This document shows positions 10,184-18,978 of a stretch of DNA of 32,000 bases, in pieces. Where the stretch lies: positions 1,080,001-1,112,000 of the forward strand of contig OZ252279.1 in NCBI GenBank assembly GCA_965250005.1. Direction: 5' to 3'. The notes below the pieces were generated by a model, which ran no database searches, was not told the DNA's origin, and was given only the letters and a program-made list of their open reading frames with translations. Numbering within the stretch: position 1 is the stretch's first letter; every line of letters starts with the position of its first letter. This stretch comes from Demequinaceae bacterium (GTDB lineage Bacteria > Actinomycetota > Actinomycetes > Actinomycetales > Demequinaceae). The position numbers and the translations under genes were made by a program.

Positions 10184-10651
10184 GTGACCCCCGTAAAGGA
10201 GCCGCCTCGGCTTAGCCCGAAAGCCGCGCGCCGCGCCATGCTGTTCGTACTGCTGATGGGTGCGAGCGTGCTTCTTGGGTTTCTGCCGGTCCCGTGGATG
10301 GTGGTGAGCGCGCTCACCGCCGTCGCGGCGATGGTGGTAGGCGTCATGACAATGGTGGCGATGCGCCGCAGCGCGACCATGGGCCTATGGATTCTCATGG
10401 TTTTGGGGTTGGGCCTGGCGGCCTCGATGACGCTGGTGGCCGCGAGCTCTGCAGTGCTGCAGGAAGAGCTTTCCGAATATCAGGAGTGTCAGCGCTACGC
10501 TCTTACGATCAAGGCCCAGCGCGCGTGCGAGAGCACATTAGAAGAGGCTAGCGAGGCCCGGAGGCTCGAGTTCGAGAAGGAGGTCTACGAGCGGTTGGGG
10601 TTGGACCCACCCGCCGCTCCCTCGCAGACGCCCTCGCCATCACCGAAGTAG
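10184..10651 (+). CDS. Small hypothetical membrane protein with Ser/Pro-rich C-terminus
   Basis: 155 aa; N-terminal hydrophobic helices (AMLFVLLMGASVLLGFLPVPWMVVSALTAVAAMVVGVMTMVAM), then a charged helix and PAAPSQTPSPSPK tail. Confidence 0.75.
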   Translation: MTPVKEPPRLSPKAARRAMLFVLLMGASVLLGFLPVPWMVVSALTAVAAMVVGVMTMVAMRRSATMGLWILMVLGLGLAASMTLVAASSAVLQEELSEYQECQRYALTIKAQRACESTLEEASEARRLEFEKEVYERLGLDPPAAPSQTPSPSPK

Positions 10652-11813
10652 CCCGCCACCAGAGCGCGAACGCCGCCACGAGATGACCAGCAAATAACAG
10701 CAGCGCCGCCACGATCCCGACGCTCCACGGCTCGGCTCCATTGATCGCGAGCCGGCCCGGACCGATGGACCCCGTGGTCATCGCGGCGGCCACGCCCACC
10801 GCAATCGCGGTCGCGGGTAACGCCATCAGCGCCGCGAAGAGGCCCTGCCTGCCTTCCGCGACGACCGGCGCCCTCCATAGGCGAGCCACGATACCCACGG
10901 CGACCAGGACGATCGGCACCCACACCAGGGCGCCGCCAGCAGCATGCGGCAGGGCACCGAACGCCGGCACCAGTGGAAGTGGCTCGGCGACAACTTCGCT
11001 GGGCGCGTAGAGCGAGCCCTCACCAACGGAGAAGCCCAGGCCGGTGAGCCACGAGCCCATCCACACCGCCAGAGTTGGCAGGTAGGCGAGTTGGGCGACG
11101 GCGAACGCGGCAACGCCTACGGGCCCCGCTCCAAGCTCGTCACCTATCTGCGCGGCGTCATGCCAGCCCACGAGGGCCCACACAAGCAGCGTGATCGTCG
11201 CCGCCCCGAGCGCAAGCCCAAGGCTGGCGCGCGCGAGCCGAAGCCCCTGCAAGAAAATGGGCGGCATGTTCCGAATGGCGATCGCCGCGTAGCCATGCCC
11301 GCGGTGAAGCCCCCACGCGACCCCGATTGCCGCGACAATTCCCGCGGTCAGCCCTCCGCGCGCAGCAGCGCCGGAACCCTCCGGCGAGACCGTGCTCACG
11401 CTCGCCGCGAGCGACACGAGCAATCCATACGTGACGGACGCGGCGATCCAGCTGCCGCGCGACGGCGCCGCGAATCTGCGTGCGACGGCGCCGGCGATGG
11501 CCGCGCTCAGGATGGTGATGCCAAGTGGGGCGAGTGTCACGGTGGCGCCACCGGCGACCGAAGGAACGCCGAACGCGAGCAACCAGAACGCGAGCCCGAC
11601 CCGCGACGCTCCCTCCCAGTCGACGGCGGTCGAACCGTCCGCCGAGGGAGCCGCGGCTACCGAGAGGAGCGCCAACGCGAGCACGATCGCGAGCGACATG
11701 GCGGCTGCCTGAGCGCCCGTGACGGCGCCAGCAACCCAGCCTGGTGCGCCGCTCCAGACCCTTGCCGCGCGCGCGCCGATTGCACCTACGTCCGCGCGAA
11801 GTGTCCTGGCCAT
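10548..11813 (-). CDS. Polytopic membrane protein, DUF6350-like
   Basis: About 421 aa; many TM segments; located between sucD and purN, as commonly seen for this family in Actinobacteria. Confidence 0.75.
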   Translation of the reverse strand: MARTLRADVGAIGARAARVWSGAPGWVAGAVTGAQAAAMSLAIVLALALLSVAAAPSADGSTAVDWEGASRVGLAFWLLAFGVPSVAGGATVTLAPLGITILSAAIAGAVARRFAAPSRGSWIAASVTYGLLVSLAASVSTVSPEGSGAAARGGLTAGIVAAIGVAWGLHRGHGYAAIAIRNMPPIFLQGLRLARASLGLALGAATITLLVWALVGWHDAAQIGDELGAGPVGVAAFAVAQLAYLPTLAVWMGSWLTGLGFSVGEGSLYAPSEVVAEPLPLVPAFGALPHAAGGALVWVPIVLVAVGIVARLWRAPVVAEGRQGLFAALMALPATAIAVGVAAAMTTGSIGPGRLAINGAEPWSVGIVAALLLFAGHLVAAFALWWRATSVMARASARERRVGPTPTARRPPSRTRASGPR

Positions 11814-11887
11814 GGACTCATGGTCGCGCGTGAGAGCGCTGTGGGCAGGGACCGAATCGCGGCGATGGCCAACGCTGCCACCAAAAC

Positions 11888-12778
11888 CTAAACCTTGAGC
11901 GCATCTCTCATGAGTTCAGCGGTCTGCGACGGCGTCTTCCCGACCTTGACACCTACTGCTTCGAGCGCTTCCTTCTTCGCTTGCGCGGTTCCCGCTGAGC
12001 CGCTGACGATTGCGCCAGCGTGGCCCATGGTCTTGCCCTCGGGGGCCTCGAAACCCGCGACGTATGCAACGACAGGTTTGGTGACGTGATCTTTGATGTA
12101 GGCGGCGGCGCGCTCCTCGGCATCGCCTCCGATCTCACCAATCATCACGATCACATCTGTATCCTGATCGTTTTCGAATGCTTCGAGGCAGTCGATGTGG
12201 GTGGTGCCGACAATCGGGTCGCCGCCAATGCCCACGGCGGTGCTCATGCCGATGTCGCGCAGTTCGAACATCATTTGATAGGTCAACGTGCCTGATTTCG
12301 AGACGAGCCCGATGCGGCCCGGCCCCGTAATATCCGCGGGTGTGATTCCCACGTTCGATTCCCCCGGCGTGATGACCCCAGGGCAGTTCGGGCCGACAAG
12401 GCGCGTGCCGTTGGCTTGGGCGTGCGCGAAGAACTCAGCGGTGTCCTTGACGGGAACGCCTTCGGTGATGATGACGGCGAGCGGCATGCCTGCGTCGATG
12501 GCCTCGATGACCGCGGCCTTGGTGAACGCGGGCGGGACAAAGAGCACGGAGACGTCCGCACCAGTCTGGGCCATCGCCTCAGTTACGGTGCCGAACACGG
12601 GTATCGAAACCTTGGCGCCCTTAACGTCAAAATCGACGGCGGTGCCCGCCTTGCGCGGATTCACGCCGCCCACGATCGTCGTGCCCGATGCGAGCATGCG
12701 CGCGGTGTGCTTCTGACCCTCCGAGCCAGTCATGCCCTGCACGATGACCTTTGACGCCTCGTTGATGAATATCGACAT
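11888..12778 (-). CDS. sucD: Succinyl-CoA synthetase alpha subunit
   Basis: [33 protein letters not shown]..., [21 protein letters not shown]; start placed at 12778. Confidence 0.98.
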   Translation of the reverse strand: MSIFINEASKVIVQGMTGSEGQKHTARMLASGTTIVGGVNPRKAGTAVDFDVKGAKVSIPVFGTVTEAMAQTGADVSVLFVPPAFTKAAVIEAIDAGMPLAVIITEGVPVKDTAEFFAHAQANGTRLVGPNCPGVITPGESNVGITPADITGPGRIGLVSKSGTLTYQMMFELRDIGMSTAVGIGGDPIVGTTHIDCLEAFENDQDTDVIVMIGEIGGDAEERAAAYIKDHVTKPVVAYVAGFEAPEGKTMGHAGAIVSGSAGTAQAKKEALEAVGVKVGKTPSQTAELMRDALKV

Positions 12779-12788
12779 TCTGAGCCCC

Positions 12789-13952
12789 TTAGACGTTGGC
12801 CAGCGCGGCGGCCTCAGCCGCGGCGCCATCCATAGTTTCGACGATGGTCACGAGTGGGTGGTTCGCGGCGGCAAGAATCTTACGTCCCTCGATCACGGAG
12901 TTTCCGTCGAGCCGCACCACGAGCGGCTTGGACGCTGCGTCGCCGAGTGTCTCGAGCGCGCCCACGATTCCTTCAGCGACAGCCACACAGCTGGTGATGC
13001 CGCCGAACACGTTGACGAACACCGACTTCACCTGCGGGTCGTTGAGGATCACGTCGAGGCCGTTGGCCATGACCTCTGCCGATGCGCCTCCGCCAATGTC
13101 CAGGAAGTTAGCGGGCTTCACGCCGCCGTGTTTCTCGCCTGCGTACGCGACTACGTCGAGAGTAGACATCACGAGTCCCGCCCCGTTGCCAATGATCCCG
13201 ACAGCGCCATCGAGCTTCACGTAGTTCAGGTCGAGCGCCTTGGCCTTTGCCTCGAGCGGATCAGCGGCGTCCTTGTCCTCGAGCGCCTCGTGGTCTTCGT
13301 GGCGGAAGCCGGCGTTCTCGTCGAGCGTCACCTTGCCGTCGAGGGCGACGATCGAGCCGTCGGCCGTCTTGACTAGGGGGTTGACCTCCACCAGCGTCGC
13401 GTCCTCTTCCTTGTATACAGTCCAGAGCTTCCGGATGGCGTCGGCAACGGGGCCGGCGAGGTCTGCTGGGAAGTTAGCCTCGGCAACGATTTCGGCTGCC
13501 TTCGCCGCGTCAATCCCCACTAGCGGGTCCACGGCCACGCGCGCGAGCGCCTCGGGCCGCTCCACCGCGAGCACCTCGATCTCGACGCCGCCCTCGACGG
13601 AGCACATCGCGAGGTAGCGTCGCTCGGAGCGGTCGAGCAGTACGGAGAAGTAGAACTCCTGCTCGATCGCAGCGCCTGCGGCGATCATCACCTTGTGGAC
13701 GGTGTGGCCTTTGATGTCCATTCCCAGGATCGCCGTGGCTGCCGCCTCGGCCTCGTCCGGGTTGTGAACGACTTTGACGCCACCGGCCTTGCCGCGACCT
13801 CCCACCTTGACCTGTGCTTTAACAACAACCGTGCCGCCCAGTTTTTGGGCTGCCGCGCGTGCTTCAGAAGGGGTAGTGGCGACTATGCCGCCGAGCACCG
13901 GCACGCCGTGCTTTTCGAATATGTCGCGCGCTTGGTATTCATAGAGGTCCAT
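12789..13952 (-). CDS. sucC: Succinyl-CoA synthetase beta subunit
   Basis: [22 protein letters not shown]..., [29 protein letters not shown] motifs. Confidence 0.98.
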   Translation of the reverse strand: MDLYEYQARDIFEKHGVPVLGGIVATTPSEARAAAQKLGGTVVVKAQVKVGGRGKAGGVKVVHNPDEAEAAATAILGMDIKGHTVHKVMIAAGAAIEQEFYFSVLLDRSERRYLAMCSVEGGVEIEVLAVERPEALARVAVDPLVGIDAAKAAEIVAEANFPADLAGPVADAIRKLWTVYKEEDATLVEVNPLVKTADGSIVALDGKVTLDENAGFRHEDHEALEDKDAADPLEAKAKALDLNYVKLDGAVGIIGNGAGLVMSTLDVVAYAGEKHGGVKPANFLDIGGGASAEVMANGLDVILNDPQVKSVFVNVFGGITSCVAVAEGIVGALETLGDAASKPLVVRLDGNSVIEGRKILAAANHPLVTIVETMDGAAAEAAALANV

Positions 13953-14314
13953 GGGAGTCCTTGCCGCAGAAAGCGCGCCTCGTGGGCGCGCGGGAGTAAT
14001 GAAGAAAGACTAGTCGCCGCTGCGCCCTCACGATAACGCAGCTACGAGCGGTTTGCCGGGAAATCCCCAAAACGCGTCAGGGACGCCGGGACTCATCGAC
14101 TCCCGCCCCAAACTGAATACCCGTGATCCAGCGATAAACAAGCAACACCCTTGTGGTTCCCATTCAGCCGATGCGCTTAGTAGCGCTCCGGGCTACATGC
14201 GCCCGTTTGGGAGCTGACAAGCCGACGAGGACGACGCCATCAATGGTGAACTTTACGGCCCGATCGGCCCAGAAATGAACTGAGCCAGACGGACCGATCC
14301 CCGCTCAGAAGACG

Positions 14315-14346
14315 AAGGCACGCCTCCCCCTCGAGTGGCGCGCCTT
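14315..14346 (-). terminator. Terminator-like hairpin downstream of the response regulator gene
   Basis: AAGGC-A-CGCC (14315-14324) pairs with GGCG-C-GCCTT (14337-14346), one mismatch, 12-nt loop, no clear T-tract. Confidence 0.35.
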
Positions 14347-14360
14347 TCTCGTTCGGAGGC

Positions 14361-14999
14361 CTAGACGGCGCCGGGGGTGATGAATCCCGACTCGTAGGCG
14401 ACGATCACGGCCTGAGTGCGATCGCGGACGCCGAGTTTCATCAGCACAGAAGCGACGTGAGATTTCACTGTCTCCACCGTCACCACCAGGTCGTCTGCAA
14501 TCTCCTGATTTGAGAGCCCGCGCGCCAGCAGGCGCAGCACGTCTTGTTCGCGGTCGGTGAGCTCGGGAAGTTCCACGCCGGTCGCCTCGACAAACCTCTC
14601 GATCACGGTCCGCGTGCTGGCCGGGAAAAGCAGGGACTCCCCCGCGGCGACCACGCGCACGGCCTCGATCAGCTCGGCAGGCGGAACGCGCTTGAGCACA
14701 AAGCCTGACGCCCCGGAGCGCATGGCCTCGAACACATACTCGTCCACCTCAAAGGTGGTGAGCACGAGCACGTGTGGCGGATTGTCGCCTGCGACGATCC
14801 GCCGGGTGGCCTCGAGCCCGTCCACGCCGGGCATTCGGATGTCCATGAGGACGAGGTCGGGCTCTGCGTCGGCGACCATTTGCTGCGCCTCGGCGCCGTC
14901 ACCTGCCTCGGCAACAACGTCCCAGCCGTCCTCGCTCGCGAGGATCGCCCGCAGGCCCATCCTGACCAAGGGGTCGTCGTCGACTATTGCTATCTTCAC
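14361..14999 (-). CDS. NarL/FixJ (LuxR-type) response regulator
   Basis: Receiver domain (VDDDPLVRMGL, LVLMDIRMPGVDG) plus LuxR HTH (LTDREQDVLRLLARGLSNQEIADDLVVTVETVKSHVASVLMKLGVRDR). Confidence 0.95.
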   Translation of the reverse strand: MKIAIVDDDPLVRMGLRAILASEDGWDVVAEAGDGAEAQQMVADAEPDLVLMDIRMPGVDGLEATRRIVAGDNPPHVLVLTTFEVDEYVFEAMRSGASGFVLKRVPPAELIEAVRVVAAGESLLFPASTRTVIERFVEATGVELPELTDREQDVLRLLARGLSNQEIADDLVVTVETVKSHVASVLMKLGVRDRTQAVIVAYESGFITPGAV

Positions 15000-16357
15000 G
15001 CGAGAACCTTACGCCGAATAGTGCACCCGAGGCAGCGGCAAGCGGAGCCCAGCGTGCACGTGGTCTTGGCGCCGTCGGGAAGCATTGCTTCCAACGGCAG
15101 CACAGCGCGCACGGCAAACTCGCCCTTCTTCGTCTCGCCGATGGTGGCCTCGCCACCCATGAGCGTGACTCGGTCACGGATAGATGCGAGACCGTTGCCG
15201 CCAGCCGTCACCGTGCCGGCTGCTCCGTTGAGGTCGTTCGCGACGGATACCGCCACCACCTCGTCGGCCGAAGCCACATCGACGCGGACAGTGCCACCCG
15301 GCGCGTGCTTCGAGGCATTCGTGAGCGCTTCTTGGACGACGCGGTAGACGCCGCGCCCTAGGGCTGGCGGTACATCGCCAATGTCAATGCGTGACTCTAC
15401 GGTCATGCCCGCATCTCGCGCCCCCGCCACAAGGCTCGGGAGATCCTGTGCGCCGGGCAGCGGCGCGTGCGTCTCGACGTGGTCGCCGCGGATGCGGGCG
15501 ATGATGCGGTCGAGCTCGCCGAGCGCGGCGCGGCCACGCTCCTCGATATTGCTGAGGGCCTTGCGGGCGAAATCCGGGTCCTTGTCGAACACGTGGGCTC
15601 CCGCCCCGGCTTGGACCACAATCATCGAGACCATATGGCCGATGCTGTCGTGAAGTTCTTGATCGATTCGTACCTGCTCCTCCGCGACAGAAGCGCGGGC
15701 TGCGGCGATCTCAAGTTCCTCGTCGCAGGGGCCGAGCGCCCACGTCGCGAGCGACCTGTGAAGATTGGCGAAGCCACGGATAGCCCATCCGAGCGCGGGG
15801 GCGACGATGAGGAAAACAACCGGCCCCAGCAGGAACCACCTCTCCCAGTCGTAGATCTCGGTGACGCCGTCAGGACTCCAATCCCAGATAAGCGAGAACG
15901 GCGCTGCGAGCAGCGAAAGCGGTACGACGATGTAGAGGATGACAAGGACGAACCCCAGGATCCCGGTGATGAACCGAATGAAGACCCACAGCAGCACCCG
16001 CCATGAATGCCCGTCGTGAACCAACTCGTGCGTCCATCGCCAGAAGCGCGCCCATTCCGGGTGCTTCAGCCCGGGTACGTCGTCGACGACGATCGGCGCG
16101 GGCCTGCGGATGTCGTGGCGTAGCAACAGTTTCACCTGCAAACGTTCGAACCACCCAATCGGCCGCAAGGCCGCCTGGGCCGCCACGAGCACGAGCAGTC
16201 CGACCCAAACCACCACCGTTGAGATACCCACCGCGTAGAGCGAGAGCATCACAACGAACGTCGTGATTCCGAACACGAATCCCAACAGGAGGTAGGCGGC
16301 GTCCAGCGCCGTCTGAAGCCGAAGCATCGGCCGGTAAATCAATTCGAGAGCTTTCAT
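14996..16357 (-). CDS. Sensor histidine kinase, HisKA_3 family
   Basis: TM N-terminus; RIDQELHDSIGHMVSMIVVQAGA phosphoacceptor box; ALTNASKHAPG N-box; start at MKALELIYRPML (16357); 4-bp overlap with the regulator gene. Confidence 0.93.
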   Translation of the reverse strand: MKALELIYRPMLRLQTALDAAYLLLGFVFGITTFVVMLSLYAVGISTVVVWVGLLVLVAAQAALRPIGWFERLQVKLLLRHDIRRPAPIVVDDVPGLKHPEWARFWRWTHELVHDGHSWRVLLWVFIRFITGILGFVLVILYIVVPLSLLAAPFSLIWDWSPDGVTEIYDWERWFLLGPVVFLIVAPALGWAIRGFANLHRSLATWALGPCDEELEIAAARASVAEEQVRIDQELHDSIGHMVSMIVVQAGAGAHVFDKDPDFARKALSNIEERGRAALGELDRIIARIRGDHVETHAPLPGAQDLPSLVAGARDAGMTVESRIDIGDVPPALGRGVYRVVQEALTNASKHAPGGTVRVDVASADEVVAVSVANDLNGAAGTVTAGGNGLASIRDRVTLMGGEATIGETKKGEFAVRAVLPLEAMLPDGAKTTCTLGSACRCLGCTIRRKVLA

Positions 16358-16620
16358 GGGTCCTATCGTGCCCGAGCCGGGCGCATACGTCGTCACTCGC
16401 GAGCGTGGACTTCAGGGTCCCTCCCCAGGGTGATCCCCCACGTGTGCCCCCCAGGCGAGTGAGGGCAAAGTCCCCTCGTACGGCGCGGCAAGTTCGCTCC
16501 TATGCGGGCTGCGGGCTGCATCCGCAGTTTCTAGCGTGTAACTAGACCTCGCCAGCAGCCGATCGCCCCCTGAGAAGGGGCCGAAAGACCAGGGTGCCGG
16601 TGGGGGTGCTACCCCATAGT

Positions 16621-16635
16621 CGCGAACCGTTCGCG
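16621..16635. promoter_or_regulatory. 15-bp palindrome, candidate regulator site upstream of MMPL gene
   Basis: CGCGAAC-C-GTTCGCG, perfect 7-bp arms, 90 bp before the ATG at 16725. Confidence 0.4.
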
Positions 16636-16724
16636 GCGAGAGTGTGGTGGCAGTGCCGGCAAGACAAATAGGGGTCGGTGCGGCCAACACCAAGAAGAAT
16701 TTGAACATCTACCAAGGAGAAATC

Positions 16725-18911
16725 ATGAATGTCGGATTCACCGGGCGCATCGCCCGCAGCTCCGCACGACGACCATGGGTCACGCTTAGCGTGTGGGCCG
16801 TGGCGCTTGCGGCAGCCGTCTATTTCGCGGGAGGTCTGGGCGACGTTGTCACTCAGAGCGACCGCAACCTGATCACCACCGAGTCGGACCACGCGAACGA
16901 CCTACGCGAGCTCAACGCTCCCGTGGTCGACACCACCGGTCCTGAGACGGCAGGCGAATCAGTCATCGTCACTTCCACCGACTCGCGTTTCGGTGAGCCC
17001 GCTTTCGACACCGCAATCGAGGACGTCGTGGCTAAACTCGCGACGCTCGAAGGCGTCTACGACGTCGAGGCGCCCACTCAAGCCGCTCCGTATCCAGTCT
17101 CTGAGTCCGGGTACTCCGCTCTCATTCAGTTCGAGCTCTCGACTGATGGCGAGGCCATCGAAGCCTTTGTCGAGGCAGTCCACGAACTGAGCGCCGACGG
17201 CTTCACGTTCCTGCCATACGGACAGGGATCCGCCGAGCTGTCATTTGACAGTCTCGCTGAGGACACCCTTGTCAAAGGCGAAATGATCGGCATCGGCGTC
17301 GCGATCGTGATCCTCGTGATCGTGTTCGGCGCATTCGCCGCTGCAGGCATTCCGCTGGGCGTTGCGCTTGTATCGATCATCACTGCCGTGGGTCTGGCCG
17401 CAATCGTTGGCCAAGCATTCGAACTGTCGTTTTTCGTGCTCAACATGATCACGATGATGGGGCTCGCGCTCGGAATCGACTACACGCTCGTAATGGTGCA
17501 GCGTTTCCGTGAGGAGCTTGCCAAGGGCCACACCGTCACCAATTCCGTCACAATCGCGGGCAATACCGCAAATCGCGCGGTCTTCTTCTCGGGAATCACG
17601 GTAATCATCTCGCTGATTGGAATGCTCGTCATCCCGTCGACCATCATGATCAGTCTGGGTGCGGGCGCGATGCTCGTGGCGATCACCTCCGTTGCAGGGG
17701 CCCTGACGCTACTTCCCGCCGTCCTCAAGCTACTCGGCGCACGCGTCAATAGGGGTCGCATTCCCACCGCTCATCCGGGGGAGGAGCCGAAGACGTGGAA
17801 GGCCATTGCCAACGCTGTCACGGCCCGTCCCGCGATTGCGGCAATCGCCGGTATCGCCATCCTCGGCGCTCTCGCAGCCCCGATCGTGTCGATGCGTCTG
17901 GCATTCCCAGGCACAGACTCACTGCCGGAAGACTTCGAATTCCGTCAGGCAAGTGAGATCCTCGTGGAGGACTTTGGCTATGGCCAGTCGACCACGTACG
18001 TGACGATCAAGAATCCCGAGGGCAACGATGCGGCAATCGCCGCGCTCGCCGACGCGATCGAGGCGGAGGTCGCTTTCGCCGAGACAGATGTGAAAATCGA
18101 GGGCGATGTCGTCGTCATCTACACAGAGGATGTCTTCGATTCGGCAGATATTCGGTCCGAGAACGCAATCAATACACTGCGTGACGAACTCATCCCCGCG
18201 GCACTCGGCGCCACCAACGCCGTCGCCTCGGTTGGTGGCGGCCAGGCAGGATCAATGGACTTCACTTCACTGATCACTGACCGAGTGTGGCTCGTCCTGA
18301 CGATCGTGTTGGGCTCGAGCTTCCTCTTCCTGCTCGTCGCTTTCCGGTCTATCGTCATTCCGTTGACTTCCATCCTGCTCAACGTGTTGTCGGCGGCAGC
18401 AGCCTTCGGGCTGCTCGTCGCAGTATTCCAGTACGGCTGGTTCTCCGACATCTTCGGGATGCCTCAAGTCGATGGGATAGCGCCGTGGCTGCCAATATTC
18501 CTCTTCGCTGTCCTGTTTGGCCTGTCGATGGACTACCACGTATTCCTACTCAGCCGCATCAAGGAGGCTCACGACAACGGTGAGGACACGCGCGAAGCCA
18601 TCGCGCACGGTCTTGGCCGAACCGGTTCACTCATCACGGGCGCCGCGCTCATCATGGTCGCGGTCTTCGGTGGATTCGCCTTGGGCGACATGGCCGAGTT
18701 TTCTCAGATGGGCTTCGGCCTTGCGGCCGCGGTCATCATCGACGCCACGCTTGTCCGCTCGATTATCGTGCCCGCGGTCATGTCCCTGCTCGGCAAGGCC
18801 AACTGGTACCTGCCGTCATGGCTCGAGTGGCTCCCAAACATGACCATCGAGAGCGCGGAGACCCCCGCGCCCGAGGTCATCGAGGAGGAACTCGAGCCGG
18901 CACTCGTGTAA
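16725..18911 (+). CDS. MMPL family (RND-superfamily) membrane transporter
   Basis: About 728 aa; LGIDYTLVMVQRFREEL and VLFGLSMDYHVFLLSRIKEAH duplicated TM motifs; start at MNVGFTGRIARSSARRPWVTL. Confidence 0.93.
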   Translation: MNVGFTGRIARSSARRPWVTLSVWAVALAAAVYFAGGLGDVVTQSDRNLITTESDHANDLRELNAPVVDTTGPETAGESVIVTSTDSRFGEPAFDTAIEDVVAKLATLEGVYDVEAPTQAAPYPVSESGYSALIQFELSTDGEAIEAFVEAVHELSADGFTFLPYGQGSAELSFDSLAEDTLVKGEMIGIGVAIVILVIVFGAFAAAGIPLGVALVSIITAVGLAAIVGQAFELSFFVLNMITMMGLALGIDYTLVMVQRFREELAKGHTVTNSVTIAGNTANRAVFFSGITVIISLIGMLVIPSTIMISLGAGAMLVAITSVAGALTLLPAVLKLLGARVNRGRIPTAHPGEEPKTWKAIANAVTARPAIAAIAGIAILGALAAPIVSMRLAFPGTDSLPEDFEFRQASEILVEDFGYGQSTTYVTIKNPEGNDAAIAALADAIEAEVAFAETDVKIEGDVVVIYTEDVFDSADIRSENAINTLRDELIPAALGATNAVASVGGGQAGSMDFTSLITDRVWLVLTIVLGSSFLFLLVAFRSIVIPLTSILLNVLSAAAAFGLLVAVFQYGWFSDIFGMPQVDGIAPWLPIFLFAVLFGLSMDYHVFLLSRIKEAHDNGEDTREAIAHGLGRTGSLITGAALIMVAVFGGFALGDMAEFSQMGFGLAAAVIIDATLVRSIIVPAVMSLLGKANWYLPSWLEWLPNMTIESAETPAPEVIEEELEPALV

Positions 18912-18922
18912 CTCCTCAAGAG

Positions 18923-18958
18923 CGGGGGTGTCGGCCAGGTGCCGTCACCCCCGTTTTT
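18923..18958 (+). terminator. Rho-independent terminator
   Basis: CGGGGGTG-T-CGGC-CAGGT-GCCG-T-CACCCCCG followed by TTTTT (18954-18958). Confidence 0.9.
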
Positions 18959-18978
18959 CTTGTCCCTAGACTGACCCA

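Noticed and set aside
12732-13376. 214-aa plus-strand ORF antisense to sucC
   Set aside because: Antisense shadow of sucC with biased composition and no domain signal.
13953-14314. Intergenic stretch of about 360 bp between sucC and the response regulator as a possible small RNA
   Set aside because: No compelling promoter-terminator pair or strong structured core could be identified by eye; probably the sucCD promoter region plus spacer.
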